Sequence record: NC_041884.1
Strand: one strand, 5' to 3'
Length of the DNA: 64,000 bases
A program made the position numbers and the translations under genes. Shown here in pieces: positions 32,269 to 43,218 of this stretch. Positions within the stretch are counted from its first letter, which is position 1; every line of letters starts with the position of its first letter. Under the pieces are notes generated by a model, which had not been told where the DNA came from, ran no database searches, and saw nothing but the letters and a program-made list of their open reading frames with translations.

Positions 32269-35200
32269 CTAACACGATTCATAATTAAATTCTAAGAAAT
32301 AAGGAGAAACGTCATATTTTAAATGAGTTAATTTGAAACCTTCTTTATTTAAAGCTTTATCGAAAATATCAAAAAAGTGTTCTTTCCAAAACTCTACATC
32401 AATGTGCTGTGAGTTACTTTCATCCTTACCGAAAGTGAAAGTAGAAACTTGATTAAGATTTCGTTTAGGATGACCACTAATTAACCACTTAGCTATTTGT
32501 TCTAGGTAAGGAATACTATTGATATTTTCAGACATAATATTTTATTTACGAAGTAGAAGATTGAGCACCAGTAATAAGGTCTAATGATCCTTTAGGAATA
32601 CCAGACAAAGCACTTTCAATAATTTCTTGGAAATTAAATGTACGAATAGTTTCTGCAAATGCTACAGTTAACATAGCATCATTAATAGCTGTAATACGAG
32701 GATCTGATACACTTAATTGGCTTACTACTACATTAGCTAAATTAGCAACAGCAATTTTAACTAAAGGGCTTTGACCAACAAGTACTTGCATAGGTTCAGG
32801 AAGAGCTTTTACTAATTGCTTAGTTACTAAATCAAGAGCGATATTACCAACTTCTAATTTAGTTGCCGTAATTAAAGCTTCTTTATTTTTATCAAGAGTA
32901 GTAGATACAATAGAAGACATAAGAGTATTCTCTTTAGATGGATTAGAGGAGTTAATAGGTTCAACATGAATTAAATTGTGTATAGGATCATACACACCTT
33001 TATATTCAATAGGATTAGTGATTTTATCATAAAGATCACTTACATCATTAACTAGATCTAGTGATGTAAAAGGATAAGCTTCAGACTGAGCTCTAAAGAC
33101 TTTAAGCATGATACCAGTATCCTTCTTAAAGTCTAAATCTCTTGAAGATTTAGCTGTTTGAACACTGATTATATCGTCTTTAATAGTTAGACTAGCTCTA
33201 TCAGTATTAGAACGAGAATAACGATGTGAAAAACTTTTAACAGGATCAAATAAAGCAAGATCAATAAAACATAGGTCTCTAATATCTGTTTCAGACATAC
33301 GAGACCTATCAGTATCGTTAGGTCTTGAGTCAGTCATATCATAACAAAAATATTCGCTGTCACGTCTATAAATAACTCGACCATACTCTGTTATAACAGG
33401 AAATGGAACAGTAGAGAGATTAAAATACTGCTCTAAACTAATATTAAAAAATTTTAAAAAAATAGAGACTCTAATAATCTCACTACGATTAATTGCCATT
33501 TAGATTACCTTCTAACAATTAAACTCTTGAAGTAATTGCTTAAATTCAGGATTAATAGAATAAGTACTAGTTTTAGAATTCCAACTAGTTACTAACGACC
33601 ACATCATATTACTATTTAATGAAGGATGTTTAATCATTATTTGATACAGTTTTAAAACTTCTAAATGCTCAGGAAGATTTCCATCACGTTTAATTTGATA
33701 ATTGATACTATCTAATACTTTACTCATGAGATTCACTCTATAAATTAAAATGTGATATAACTACTACATTTAGTTTTCAGAATAAAAGTAATGTAGATAA
33801 AGATGAAAACGATATGTATACGTAAGATGTCTTAATTGACAATAACATAAACTACAACCTTTCGGACCACCCATACAACCACACGGTGAAGAATAGGGTT
33901 GATCACAGGATAAGTTATGTTGGGCTTCTGAAGCTGTTTTTACACTAAATTCAATTAGTTCTTTTAAAACTTTATCTTTGTTTTCATAACGTTCAGGATT
34001 AAGTAACTCAACAGCATCTAACCAAGAAGTAACTTGTTCTTTTGAATATAGAGGAACTAAGGACATACAGGACTCCATAATTTAGCAAATTTTAAAACAT
34101 TAGGAACATTATCAGAACTTACAGGGTGAACAACAGCACATGATTTTTCACCATTTAATGTTTTATTTTCATGCCCTAAATATACTTGCATAGGGAGTTT
34201 AATAATCTTATCAAATTCTCTACGATTTACACGTATTACACATTTACGAAAAGAGTGTTCTAACCATTCATTATAAGTAACTTTAGATTTAAAATTACCA
34301 ACACCTAGTTCTTCAAATTTTAAATGAGCTCCTAATACACTATGAGCTACTAAAGTAGGTACAATAAAATCAGGGACATCGTCAAGAACAGCAATGTACA
34401 TTTTTAAATATGAAGTTGGTTTTGTTTCAATAGGTGTAGTTTTATACTGAGGATCTTCTACAAATTCACGAACAATATCAATAACTTCTTGAGGGATGTT
34501 TTTATGAATTGTTGCTCCACCATATTTATTAAATTTCAAAGTATGATTATCACAGTTAAACTCAATTACTGGTATTCGATCATAGTCTTGAGCTGCATCT
34601 AAATCAGATTGTTTATAAAGAATATAATCTGATGTATCACTTGGACGTGTATGGAAATAACGAAGTACCCAACCATTCTTACAAATGAATATTGGTTTAT
34701 CTGAAGGATTATGCTTGAAATGGATAGCTGTTCGAGAATGACCAAATATTGAATCAATTTCTTTTTCAGCTTCTCGTAATTGAGCTATTTGTTCTAGAGC
34801 TGCCTTAGCAGAAGGAATTGTTCTTTTAAGCATTATGGGACGCTACCATTTTATTTACAATACTCTCTAATGATATTATCTAATTTATATTTAAACTTAA
34901 TATAATTAGGTTGAGTAACTCTTTGATAATATTTCATTAAAATTTTTCTATCACGAATAATAGAGATTCGTACATCAACATATCTTGAAAATACTATAAA
35001 TTCATCTTCAGAAGATGCCTCTACATCAATAACACATTTACTAGTATTTGAATACATAATAGCTTCATTATAGATAGATTCTATAATAGCTCTTTGCTGT
35101 CTAGCATTATTATAATGATATTGAGGGGTATTAGCATAAACTGTAAATGCAATTAAGCTTAAAAGAAAGGCTAAGAAAGTCTTTTTAACAAATATAAGCA

Positions 35201-36808
35201 TTAGTTTTTCCATTCAGCATAAATAATAGGTATCTTCTTAATTGAATACTCAGGATACACTTTTTCTTGAAACCTTCTAGCAAGTTCTTTATTACTATTA
35301 CATTGCCAAGTTCGATCTAAATATTTCAATACATTATTTTCATTATCAACAACCCAATAATGATCAATATATATTTGGAACAATCCATTCTTAGGTTTAA
35401 CTAAATCATCAATTTTATATCTAGTAACCTGGTCTGCTCGAAAAGACATAACTATTCCTTATTATGTTTAAATGGTACTAAAGTAACAGGAACGAGTCTT
35501 TCTACATATTTACCTAATGGTTCTTTATTAGCCTTGATGATTTTACTTGCAAATTGGCCAGCAAGAGTATTTAAACCATAAACTTCAATAACTCTTTCAG
35601 CTTCTTCAATTAATTTACTATTGACAACCATATTCTTAAACCTTGGAGAAAGGGTCTCCATAACGTGTATCAATCCATTTGATATGATTACAAGTAGAGC
35701 ATTGATACTTACGTTTACTATACATTAAATTTCTATGTTCATCATAACATGCTCTATAATCACGATAGATCATTACATGCTGGCAAGATTTTACTTTTAA
35801 TAAAATAATAAAGAGTATAATAAAAGCAAATATTGCCATTACCACCACCAATGTATCATTACACGCTCACCTTCTTTAACACCTTTGTGTTCTAACCAAA
35901 GATAAATACGAGGGTAGCGTTCATACAACTCGGAATTAAGAGTAGACTTATAGAAGTAGTTATCATTTCCTAACTCATAATCAGCCCACAATTGTCTAAC
36001 TTCATCTTCAATAAAGGTAGGACAATCAGACCACTGAGCATCGAAAAACCAAACCTTTTCTACAGATTCTTGTTCAGTAACATTACAGCTACTACCAGTT
36101 GTAGAAGTGGAGTCATTAAGGCATTTATAGAATGTATCCTTCCCTTCTTCAATTGTTGTATATTTATCTTCAATTGGAGGAGCATCTCGAAGCTCTTCTA
36201 ATAAGTGAATATTATCTTTCCAAGATTTAATGTTTTCAATTTCATCTGAAGTAATAAGAATACAATCTATTAAATATTGAACTGCTTCTTTAAATCCTTT
36301 ATTAACACATCCTGCTAGTGTCATATGAGCATTAATATGATTAACAGGATAAATCCAAACTAAAGGTTCTACATTTTCAGGTATAATAAATTCAGCATCT
36401 TTATACCCTTCGATATAACCTTTAAGATTTAAATGAATGCCATTACCTAGAGTACAAAATAAATAACTAAGAAAAGCTTTCTTTGTTTTAAAAGAAGAAC
36501 TAAACATCAGTTTATAATCTAAATAGTCCATCATGAATACCTTAAGGGTTATAGTAAGGACTCGTAATAATATGTGCTAAGACTCTATTATGTTGGTCTA
36601 CATCTAAGAAAGTATTAAATTTTTGATAATCACTATTACAACGAATTTTAAAATGTTCAAATAATTTTGAACCAAATTCAGTTCCAAAGATTTCATCAAA
36701 AATCATAGGAGTTGCTTTATTTTGAAATTGAATAACACGTTTTTGAACTCTTGACCATATTTGAAGATCAAGCACTTCACTGTTTGTTAAACCATAATTA
36801 TTTGACAT
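32269..36808 (-). other. cluster of about 11 hypothetical genes
   Basis: coupled ORFs; 33512-33736 is a paralogue of 42979-43197 (MSKVL..I..QIK.DG.LPEH.EVLKLY). Confidence 0.6.
34057..34833 (-). CDS. protein with a C-terminal PTH2-like (peptidyl-tRNA hydrolase) domain
   Basis: LKMYIAVLDDVP...LVAHSVLGAH...W...FRKCVIRV. Confidence 0.6.
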   Translation of the reverse strand: MLKRTIPSAKAALEQIAQLREAEKEIDSIFGHSRTAIHFKHNPSDKPIFICKNGWVLRYFHTRPSDTSDYILYKQSDLDAAQDYDRIPVIEFNCDNHTLKFNKYGGATIHKNIPQEVIDIVREFVEDPQYKTTPIETKPTSYLKMYIAVLDDVPDFIVPTLVAHSVLGAHLKFEELGVGNFKSKVTYNEWLEHSFRKCVIRVNRREFDKIIKLPMQVYLGHENKTLNGEKSCAVVHPVSSDNVPNVLKFAKLWSPVCP

Positions 36809-36914
36809 CTGGAATTTCCTTTATATTCAATTTCAAAATAAAACTGAATAACTAACTAAGAGCCACGCTTAAATACAGAGTTAAAGATAACTCAAAAACG
36901 GACTACGTGGATTT

Positions 36915-36988
36915 TATAAACTATAAACTATCAACTGTAAACTATATTTAAACTGTGAACTTTGAACTGTAATCTATAAACTGTAAAT
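36915..36988 (-). repeat. ten tandem heptamers, consensus GTTTAHA on the minus strand
   Basis: ATTTACA GTTTATA GATTACA GTTCAAA GTTCACA GTTTAAA (TATA) GTTTACA GTTGATA GTTTATA GTTTATA. Confidence 0.85.
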
Positions 36989-36994
36989 GCAAGA

Positions 36995-37066
36995 TTGAGA
37001 AAATCAGATTCGAACTGATCACGGCCAGAAATTATTCTAGTGCTCTACCAACTGAGCTATTTCACA
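36995..37066 (-). tRNA. pseudo-tRNA with a collapsed anticodon loop
   Basis: TAGCTCAGTTGGTAGAGC D-arm, ATCAG-TTCGAAT-CTGAT T-arm, anticodon arm CTAGA-ATAATT-TCTGG, no CCA. Confidence 0.7.
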
Positions 37067-37191
37067 TGTGCAATGTTTTATCTATTTAGATACCAATATT
37101 CATTCATCATTTTTAAATACGTTGATGGTCGTATATCTTTATTAAGTATTTGCCTTAGTTAATTATTCAATCATAATGACTACCTAAGTAA

Positions 37192-37797
37192 TCAGTATTC
37201 GATCATTGTACTTAAATTGATTTCACTTAATGTAATATCAATTTCATTTTCTAAAAAGTCGATACGCTCTTGTAAGTTTTTAACAGTTTCTGTGATAGTC
37301 TTGGAGCTACCTGTTACAATACTTACGCCTAAAGTGTCTTGAAGTTGCTTATATACTTCTTCTTTTTGAGTAGCTTCAACATTAGATAGCTGACCTACAA
37401 TTGCTTGTTCTTGACGTTCTACTTCATTTTGAGCAGTAGATTGTTGACTTTTTAGAACACGCACATATTTCTTTTGAAGACTTAATGTTGATTTAATAGC
37501 TAGTAATTCAGTAATACTTACTTTACTTCCATTGAAATCAACTAAAGTTTCTAAATTCTTTTGAGCAATCTTAGTTTTAAGAGTACTAATTAATTTTAAG
37601 TTGCTTTCAACTGTATCAGTATCTGACTGGATATTAGTTAAAAGTTCTTGTTCGGTTTTGAAAGAACGATCTAAAGGACGTTTAGTTAAACCTTGAATAG
37701 TACTAACAAATTTACCATTAGAAAGTTTTTCATTAATAACGTTCTCAGCTTTTTTAATTAAAGTAAGAGCACGATGAATTGAAATTGTTTGAGTCAT
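37192..37797 (-). CDS. long coiled-coil protein (ISIHRAL...K N-terminus)
   Basis: heptad-rich sequence ending ID..LSE.N, strong codon bias. Confidence 0.7.
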   Translation of the reverse strand: MTQTISIHRALTLIKKAENVINEKLSNGKFVSTIQGLTKRPLDRSFKTEQELLTNIQSDTDTVESNLKLISTLKTKIAQKNLETLVDFNGSKVSITELLAIKSTLSLQKKYVRVLKSQQSTAQNEVERQEQAIVGQLSNVEATQKEEVYKQLQDTLGVSIVTGSSKTITETVKNLQERIDFLENEIDITLSEINLSTMIEY

Positions 37798-37830
37798 TTT
37801 AATATCTCATTAAAGTGTAATAATTAAAAA

Positions 37831-37949
37831 TAAATCACATAAGGATGCTAATAGAAATCAGGAACGGTACAATCTAAGAACAACATTACATATAAGGACA
37901 AAATAATGAATTTTTTTTTGAAATTCTATTAGCATCCTTATGTGATTTA
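37831..37949 (-). repeat. perfect 26-bp inverted repeat with a 67-nt loop
   Basis: TAAATCACATAAGGATGCTAATAGAA at 37831-37856 and its complement at 37924-37949. Confidence 0.9.
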
Positions 37950-37963
37950 AAAAGGTTAAAAAT

Positions 37964-38310
37964 ATATGGAAGACAGATAGTGTGTTGTTACACCAAATGC
38001 TCTAAGGGTCTGTATATGCGTCTCTAGATACTTTATTTCCACGTTGTTTCTCTAGATTAAGTGTAAGGCTTCGCCCATCATACACGTTGCTCCAGCATAA
38101 CTTCTAGAGGTGTCGGGAGCGCAATCTAACATTCATGCCTTTACCTAACCGCCCATATTACTTTCTGCATTACATATACAACTGTACTGGTCCTTCCCCT
38201 GAGTTTCTACGTTTAGACATCTTTTGGAATTAGATACTTATTACGGATCACTCTTGCAACTCTTTAAAAGATGGCTACCTTCAGGCCAACTTCCTAACTG
38301 CCTTTCATAT
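37964..38310 (-). ncRNA. about 350-nt ncRNA whose 5' part resembles 23S rRNA helices 42-44 (uL11-binding site)
   Basis: GTTAGGAAGTTGGCCTGAAGGTAGCCATCTTTTAAAGAG...CGTAATA...CTAAT...AAGATGT-CTAAAC; closed by ATATGAAAGGCAG/CTGTCTTCCATAT. Confidence 0.75.
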
Positions 38311-38326
38311 ATTTTCAATCACACTG

Positions 38327-39201
38327 TTATTGAGTTTGTTGCCAAGAAACTACTTTAGGGTAAGTTTTTAAATCATCAAGAGCTTCATCGATAGTATTAA
38401 ATCTACATGGACATATATGACCTTTAGTAAGATTTATATACGAGTAAGTATTATCATTTTTATTTCGTAATATCATTACTTCAACAATACCATCTGTTCG
38501 TGTAATTTCTAATTTCAAAAGAATCCACCTTGATGTAATGTAACTAAGAAACAAACTATTGCAACAACAATAAGTATTATGAAGATAACTCCTAATACCA
38601 TTAAAATAGTTGAAATCATATTAAACTATTTCCTTAAAACGGATCCCAATTTCATTGTAGGCTTCTATATACGTTACAGCACCATCAATTTCAAAACCAA
38701 CTGGTTTTTCTACAATTTCAGTAATGAATCGAAGAAGCGTTCTAACATCAGTAATAGTAGTTAAATAAAAACCTTTTAATGGTAAACGAACTATCCATGT
38801 ATCAATAGAAGGGCATTTTTTGATACCTTGAATTAAGGTAACATTAATATCTTCTTCAATCATATTTTTTAAATTTACTAAACTAGCATTCATAGTAAAA
38901 GGTCTAGAAACTAATTGTTCTCTACATTCTTTTAAAACTTCTAAAGCTGTTTTCATAGTTACTCTTCAATATCTTGATATGGATGTAATACGTAATCTTC
39001 TAAAAAAGAATCTATTGAGTCCCATTCAAAGAAACAACATTGGTCACCTTCAGGACAAGTTGCAAAGATTTGATTTTTATACATACGAGCAATTAAAGAT
39101 GCATTAGCTACATCAAAATCCTCATCAGGGTATTTTAAAATAATCTCTTTACATTTAGATTTAATTATTTCTTTAGAATCAGATTCTTCATATATTTTCA
39201 T
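38327..39201 (-). CDS. three small hypothetical proteins
   Basis: ORFs 38327-38554 (start probably internal), 38621-38956 and 38959-39201. Confidence 0.55.
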
Positions 39202-39220
39202 AATTAAATCTCAATTAATT

Positions 39221-40880
39221 TATAAAATTACATTTACTGTTGGTTCTTTCGACAACACTTTTCGGATTTTATATGAAGATCGTATCAAAGGTTCTAGCTT
39301 CGATCCTCTGTTGTCATGCACCTCTAAACATTTGTGTGGTAACCCACTCACTGAACCTTATCAGCTTGAACTCAATGTGCCACCCAGAGATTACTCTGAC
39401 CTCATTTATGTTGTAAATGTAATTTTATATTTAAATAATAAGAGCCAAGTCTTCACAAGAGGATGGATTCGAACCACCGACAACAGTAGGGATTTTACTG
39501 CCTACAATACTCTACCGACTGAGCTACTCTGCAATTTCCACTCTCTTATTATTTAGATGGTAAGAATATAAGTTAGTGTTAAGACGTTGATACATTAGGT
39601 ATTACCCTAACGCCAAGAGTTGAACTTGTTAAAAACCTTCTGTAACCCAACAACTATCTTTATTACTGGACAGTAATCATCTGAGATTATTAACCTATAC
39701 CGTATTCTTACCTCTAAATAATAATTAAAAGACATCTAATAACCTAACTTCAGATAAGGGTACTTACTCGATTATCATGAGACTCTACTAAATGTCTTTT
39801 AATTATTATTTAAAAGGTGTGAGGTACAACTCTCACAATGAACCATGTAGCCATTTTGGTTAGCGTCAAGCTGTATACAGCTTAGTTTCTCTAGTCAGCC
39901 CGCTTTAGGTTGTCCCTAATTGTGTGATATCAACACTACCATTTTTCTATCTTACGATAACACCAATGATCAAGTGCTTGTGGTACTAGAAGTCATTAAG
40001 GTGAATATGCCTTTATAGATCATACCAAATCTACAGGCCCATCACTCCCTTCAAATTTTATTACGCCACATCCTGTTTGGACTTACACCGTGTTGGATGT
40101 TATTTATCGGTAGAATTTGAGCCATTAACCAGAGCGCATTTATTAACTTATACTTTCATATAAGATTAGACCTTTTAGAGTGTCCTGATTTCTCAAGCTG
40201 AACTCTATTACCATCTCATATAAGTTGTCAGACTTATACTAACTACTTTTAGAATTACTCCTAATTTCGAGTGTCTCTACTATACAAAGGATAAATCCTT
40301 CTTAGCTATTATAACCATATGAAATAGAACCTCACTTAGAATTATAATATTTAGGTAATTGAGGAAAAACATGAGAATATAAAAGCATACTGCCATAATA
40401 TACGAGCCGTTAAGCCATCAGAATCGAACTGAGTCCTCTTTTATACCTCGATGCCCTTCATTATCGAAAAAGGGCTTTGGCACAATTGTGTTGTGCATCT
40501 CGTATCACTTGAGGTAATAACTCTTGGAATCTAGCAGAGGAGCGACCTCTCTTATTTTATATACCGATTGGATTCTTGTCTCGGTTTGTGGGTCTATTAC
40601 ATGTCATCGTTTCTCAGTTGACAGTGAGGGATCTACAAAAATTGGAATAGACTGACAATGGAGGTAATCATTAATCCCCTATTACAGAGATTAATCCTAT
40701 AGAATGCCTAAGAATTTCAGTTGCAATCTTACATTCAAAAGGACTTATATCAATTAGTATATTGGACAATATGTTCTGGAGACGGATTAGGCGTCTCACT
40801 CTTTTACTAAAAATTAGTAAACGCTTTTAGCCTCGGATTAAGAGACATTCCACTACATTTTAAGCTACAGACCTCAATAC
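39221..40880 (-). ncRNA. 1.7-kb non-coding cluster of stem-closed structured RNAs
   Basis: no credible ORF; abutting inverted repeats 39221/39429, 39432/39555, 39552/39718, 39715/39812; several T-loop-like hairpins. Confidence 0.7.
39454..39533 (-). tRNA. pseudo-tRNA with an expanded or alternative anticodon arm
   Basis: TAGCTCAGTCGGTAGAGT D-arm, GGTGG-TTCGAAT-CCATC T-arm, GTAGG-CAGTAAAATC-CCTAC (10-nt loop), bulged acceptor, no CCA. Confidence 0.65.
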
Positions 40881-40905
40881 TTCCAATCATACTAAATTCT
40901 ATACA

Positions 40906-41346
40906 TTATATAGAAACTGTTTTACAAACTTTTGATAAAATAACATCATCAAAAGAATTCTTTGTTATTTGTTGCCACTTAATAGAAGAGGAATTTGCAT
41001 CTCTTACATATTTAGCATCTTTTGTAAATTGTACATACCTGACTATAGCAGATTTTCTTAAAACACAACTATAAATATTATAGATCAGTAATACATCACC
41101 ATCACTAGCAAAGTCATTAGTTGATGATTGTATATGCACAATAGCAGGAACTGAGTAAACTAAAGGACGAATTTCAACAATAGCTTTAGGATTTACATAG
41201 TACTTATCTGTACTTGTTTCTCCAACTTTATACCATGACTTTTCAGCTGTCATTAATTCGATATCACTTTGTACTAATTCTGCATTAGCTTGGATTGTTG
41301 TAAATAAGGAACAAGCCATTAAAGCTAAAATATAAAAATATTTCAT
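40906..41346 (-). CDS. secreted protein (surface-adhesin-E-like pattern)
   Basis: signal peptide; WYKVG...YYVN...YSC...W..I...S.D...L..VC. Confidence 0.5.
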   Translation of the reverse strand: MKYFYILALMACSLFTTIQANAELVQSDIELMTAEKSWYKVGETSTDKYYVNPKAIVEIRPLVYSVPAIVHIQSSTNDFASDGDVLLIYNIYSCVLRKSAIVRYVQFTKDAKYVRDANSSSIKWQQITKNSFDDVILSKVCKTVSI

Positions 41347-41843
41347 TATTTTAAATCCTTCTCTTCTATTAAGGTTATTCGTCTACATAATCCTTGAGAT
41401 TTATCTTTAGCATAAGTTTTAACTAATTTAAAATAAGATTTATTAGGAATCTTTGTAACTATAAATTCAAAGATTTTATTAAACCATATAGCTAAATATG
41501 CACATAAGATAAATATAAATATAATAGCTGAAAGAGTACCTACTACAAATTTAAATAAAAAACCCATTAATAAAAATGGATTAAAACTAGTTAATTCTCT
41601 TGTATCAAAGATTGTTATTGTTTTAACAGCATAAACTAAGATTACACTACATAAGAATAAATAAAGAATAGCTTTCAGTAGTGTAGAAAATAATGTACAA
41701 ACTGATCTTAAGCAACAAAGAGGAGACTTTGGGTTTTCTGGATCAAAACGAGTAACAATCCAACTTGTTAAGAAAAAGTTAGAACAAAAACAAAGAAATT
41801 TGTATGTCTTGCTATTAGCACTTAATTCAAAATTATCATTCAT
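41346..41843 (-). CDS. membrane protein
   Basis: hydrophobic segments; start probably MNDNF. Confidence 0.55.
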   Translation of the reverse strand: MNDNFELSANSKTYKFLCFCSNFFLTSWIVTRFDPENPKSPLCCLRSVCTLFSTLLKAILYLFLCSVILVYAVKTITIFDTRELTSFNPFLLMGFLFKFVVGTLSAIIFIFILCAYLAIWFNKIFEFIVTKIPNKSYFKLVKTYAKDKSQGLCRRITLIEEKDLK

Positions 41844-41988
41844 TATGGATGACCTCTTCCTACGATAGTTAAGAGAATCCATGCAAAGAAGCCTAAAGCA
41901 CCACTTAGTACAAAACTTGCTATAATGATAAATTTGATAACACCTAACACATCTGATTTTGTCATGGAGTTTATCCTTAAAGGGAATA

Positions 41989-42046
41989 TATGTTTAAAGG
42001 ATAGAAAGGAAACTGGAGCGAGAATCCTTTCTATCCTTTAAACATA
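41989..42046 (-). repeat. perfect 22-bp inverted repeat with a 14-nt loop
   Basis: TATGTTTAAAGGATAGAAAGGA and its complement. Confidence 0.85.
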
Positions 42047-42049
42047 CAC

Positions 42050-42613
42050 TTAAAAATATTTAATAAATTTACTTAAGTGTTTCTTTTTTATTTTAAAAGA
42101 AGTACTTTCAATTCCACCAAACATTTGACAATTAGCTAGTATCTCTGCCCAAGCAGTTAAATACAAACTAAATCCTATCTCTGATTGAATTAGTTCTTGT
42201 GCTTTTTCATCACTTGCTTTTAATATATGGAAATCCATATCATGTTTAACAAGATCATGACCTATTAAGAGATGAGGAAAGAGTTGTTTATATATCTCAT
42301 ATGACACTTGTGCATGATTGGGAAACTGTTGTTTACCTTCTTCATTTACAATTCTACAATAAGGCTTTCCTAAATCATGATAGATTTGATAATGCTTCAT
42401 TGTTTCATAATCTAAGAGAGTAATCCAATTCTTTTTATATACTTCTATAAGGGATTCAGGAACACCTTCAGGTACTACTCCTTTTTCTAAAGAAAGTAAT
42501 AGCTTTAAATATTCATTATTAACCATTAAACCATGTTGATACATATTGACATTTTCAAACTGATAACAGTTCTTCATATCTTTAAGTACCTTATCAAAAG
42601 TTAAGATCTCCAT
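42050..42613 (-). CDS. HD-domain phosphohydrolase
   Basis: QHG...YHDLGKP...FPNHA...HDMDFH...D-type motifs. Confidence 0.75.
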   Translation of the reverse strand: MEILTFDKVLKDMKNCYQFENVNMYQHGLMVNNEYLKLLLSLEKGVVPEGVPESLIEVYKKNWITLLDYETMKHYQIYHDLGKPYCRIVNEEGKQQFPNHAQVSYEIYKQLFPHLLIGHDLVKHDMDFHILKASDEKAQELIQSEIGFSLYLTAWAEILANCQMFGGIESTSFKIKKKHLSKFIKYF

Positions 42614-42936
42614 AACTGATATCTCCTCAATAATATTCTTTGGTCTTGAGTAAGAGGTTCAGTTCCGAACGCTGTGAGACCATAGTCCCAAGAAGGTTCG
42701 AAGAAAGATATAGTTTTGATACCTTTAGTTTCTAAATCTTTTATAGCTTTCTCTAATTGATATTGATTTTTAACACCAATCACTACTAAAGAACTAGGTT
42801 CAGATTGATCTCTGTCACCTAAATATATTCCTGCTTCTAAAGCAGCATGGCCAGCTTGAACTATTTGTTGTTCAACTGGAATATCTCTTCTAACAAACAC
42901 ATAAGTATGTTTTTTATTTTCATGAATCTAAGTCAT
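42601..42936 (-). CDS. PTH2-like peptidyl-tRNA hydrolase with an in-frame TAG at codon 3
   Basis: ATG ACT TAG ATT CAT GAA AAT AAA AAA CAT ACT TAT GTG TTT GTT AGA AGA GAT: the upstream codons are in frame with YVFVRRDI...QAGHAALEAG...F.EP...GLTAF.TEP. Confidence 0.8.
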
Positions 42937-42978
42937 TAATTTTTCTCTATAAGTTAATATAAATTTTTGTGAGTTTAA

Positions 42979-43197
42979 TTACTTATTCCAAGTCTTAAAC
43001 AGTTTCAACACTTGAGGTTTAACTGAGTAAACAAAAGTACCATTAACAAACTTAGCATTAGTTAATTCATTCCAAAGCATAGTACTACTAAGATTATTAT
43101 TAACCATAAAATTATATAATTTTAAAACTTCCATATGTTCAGGAAGTTCACCATCTTTTTTAATTTGAGCTTTAATTCTGTTTAATACTTTACTCAT
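42979..43197 (-). CDS. hypothetical protein, paralogue of 33512-33736
   Basis: shared DG.LPEH.EVLKLY; strong AGGAGG SD. Confidence 0.7.
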   Translation of the reverse strand: MSKVLNRIKAQIKKDGELPEHMEVLKLYNFMVNNNLSSTMLWNELTNAKFVNGTFVYSVKPQVLKLFKTWNK

Positions 43198-43218
43198 GGT
43201 ACCTCCTGTTTAAGATAC

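Noticed and set aside
36915-36988. CRISPR array
   Set aside because: Degenerate 7-mers without spacers. No repeat-spacer array or cas gene is seen in the window, and the hairpin cassettes have non-identical arms
37964-38310. rRNA gene, RNase P RNA or sarcin-ricin loop mimic
   Set aside because: Similarity is limited to about 100 nt of 23S domain II. No RNase P GAGGAAAGUCC motif is present, and the GGAAGGACC match to the sarcin-ricin loop is too weak
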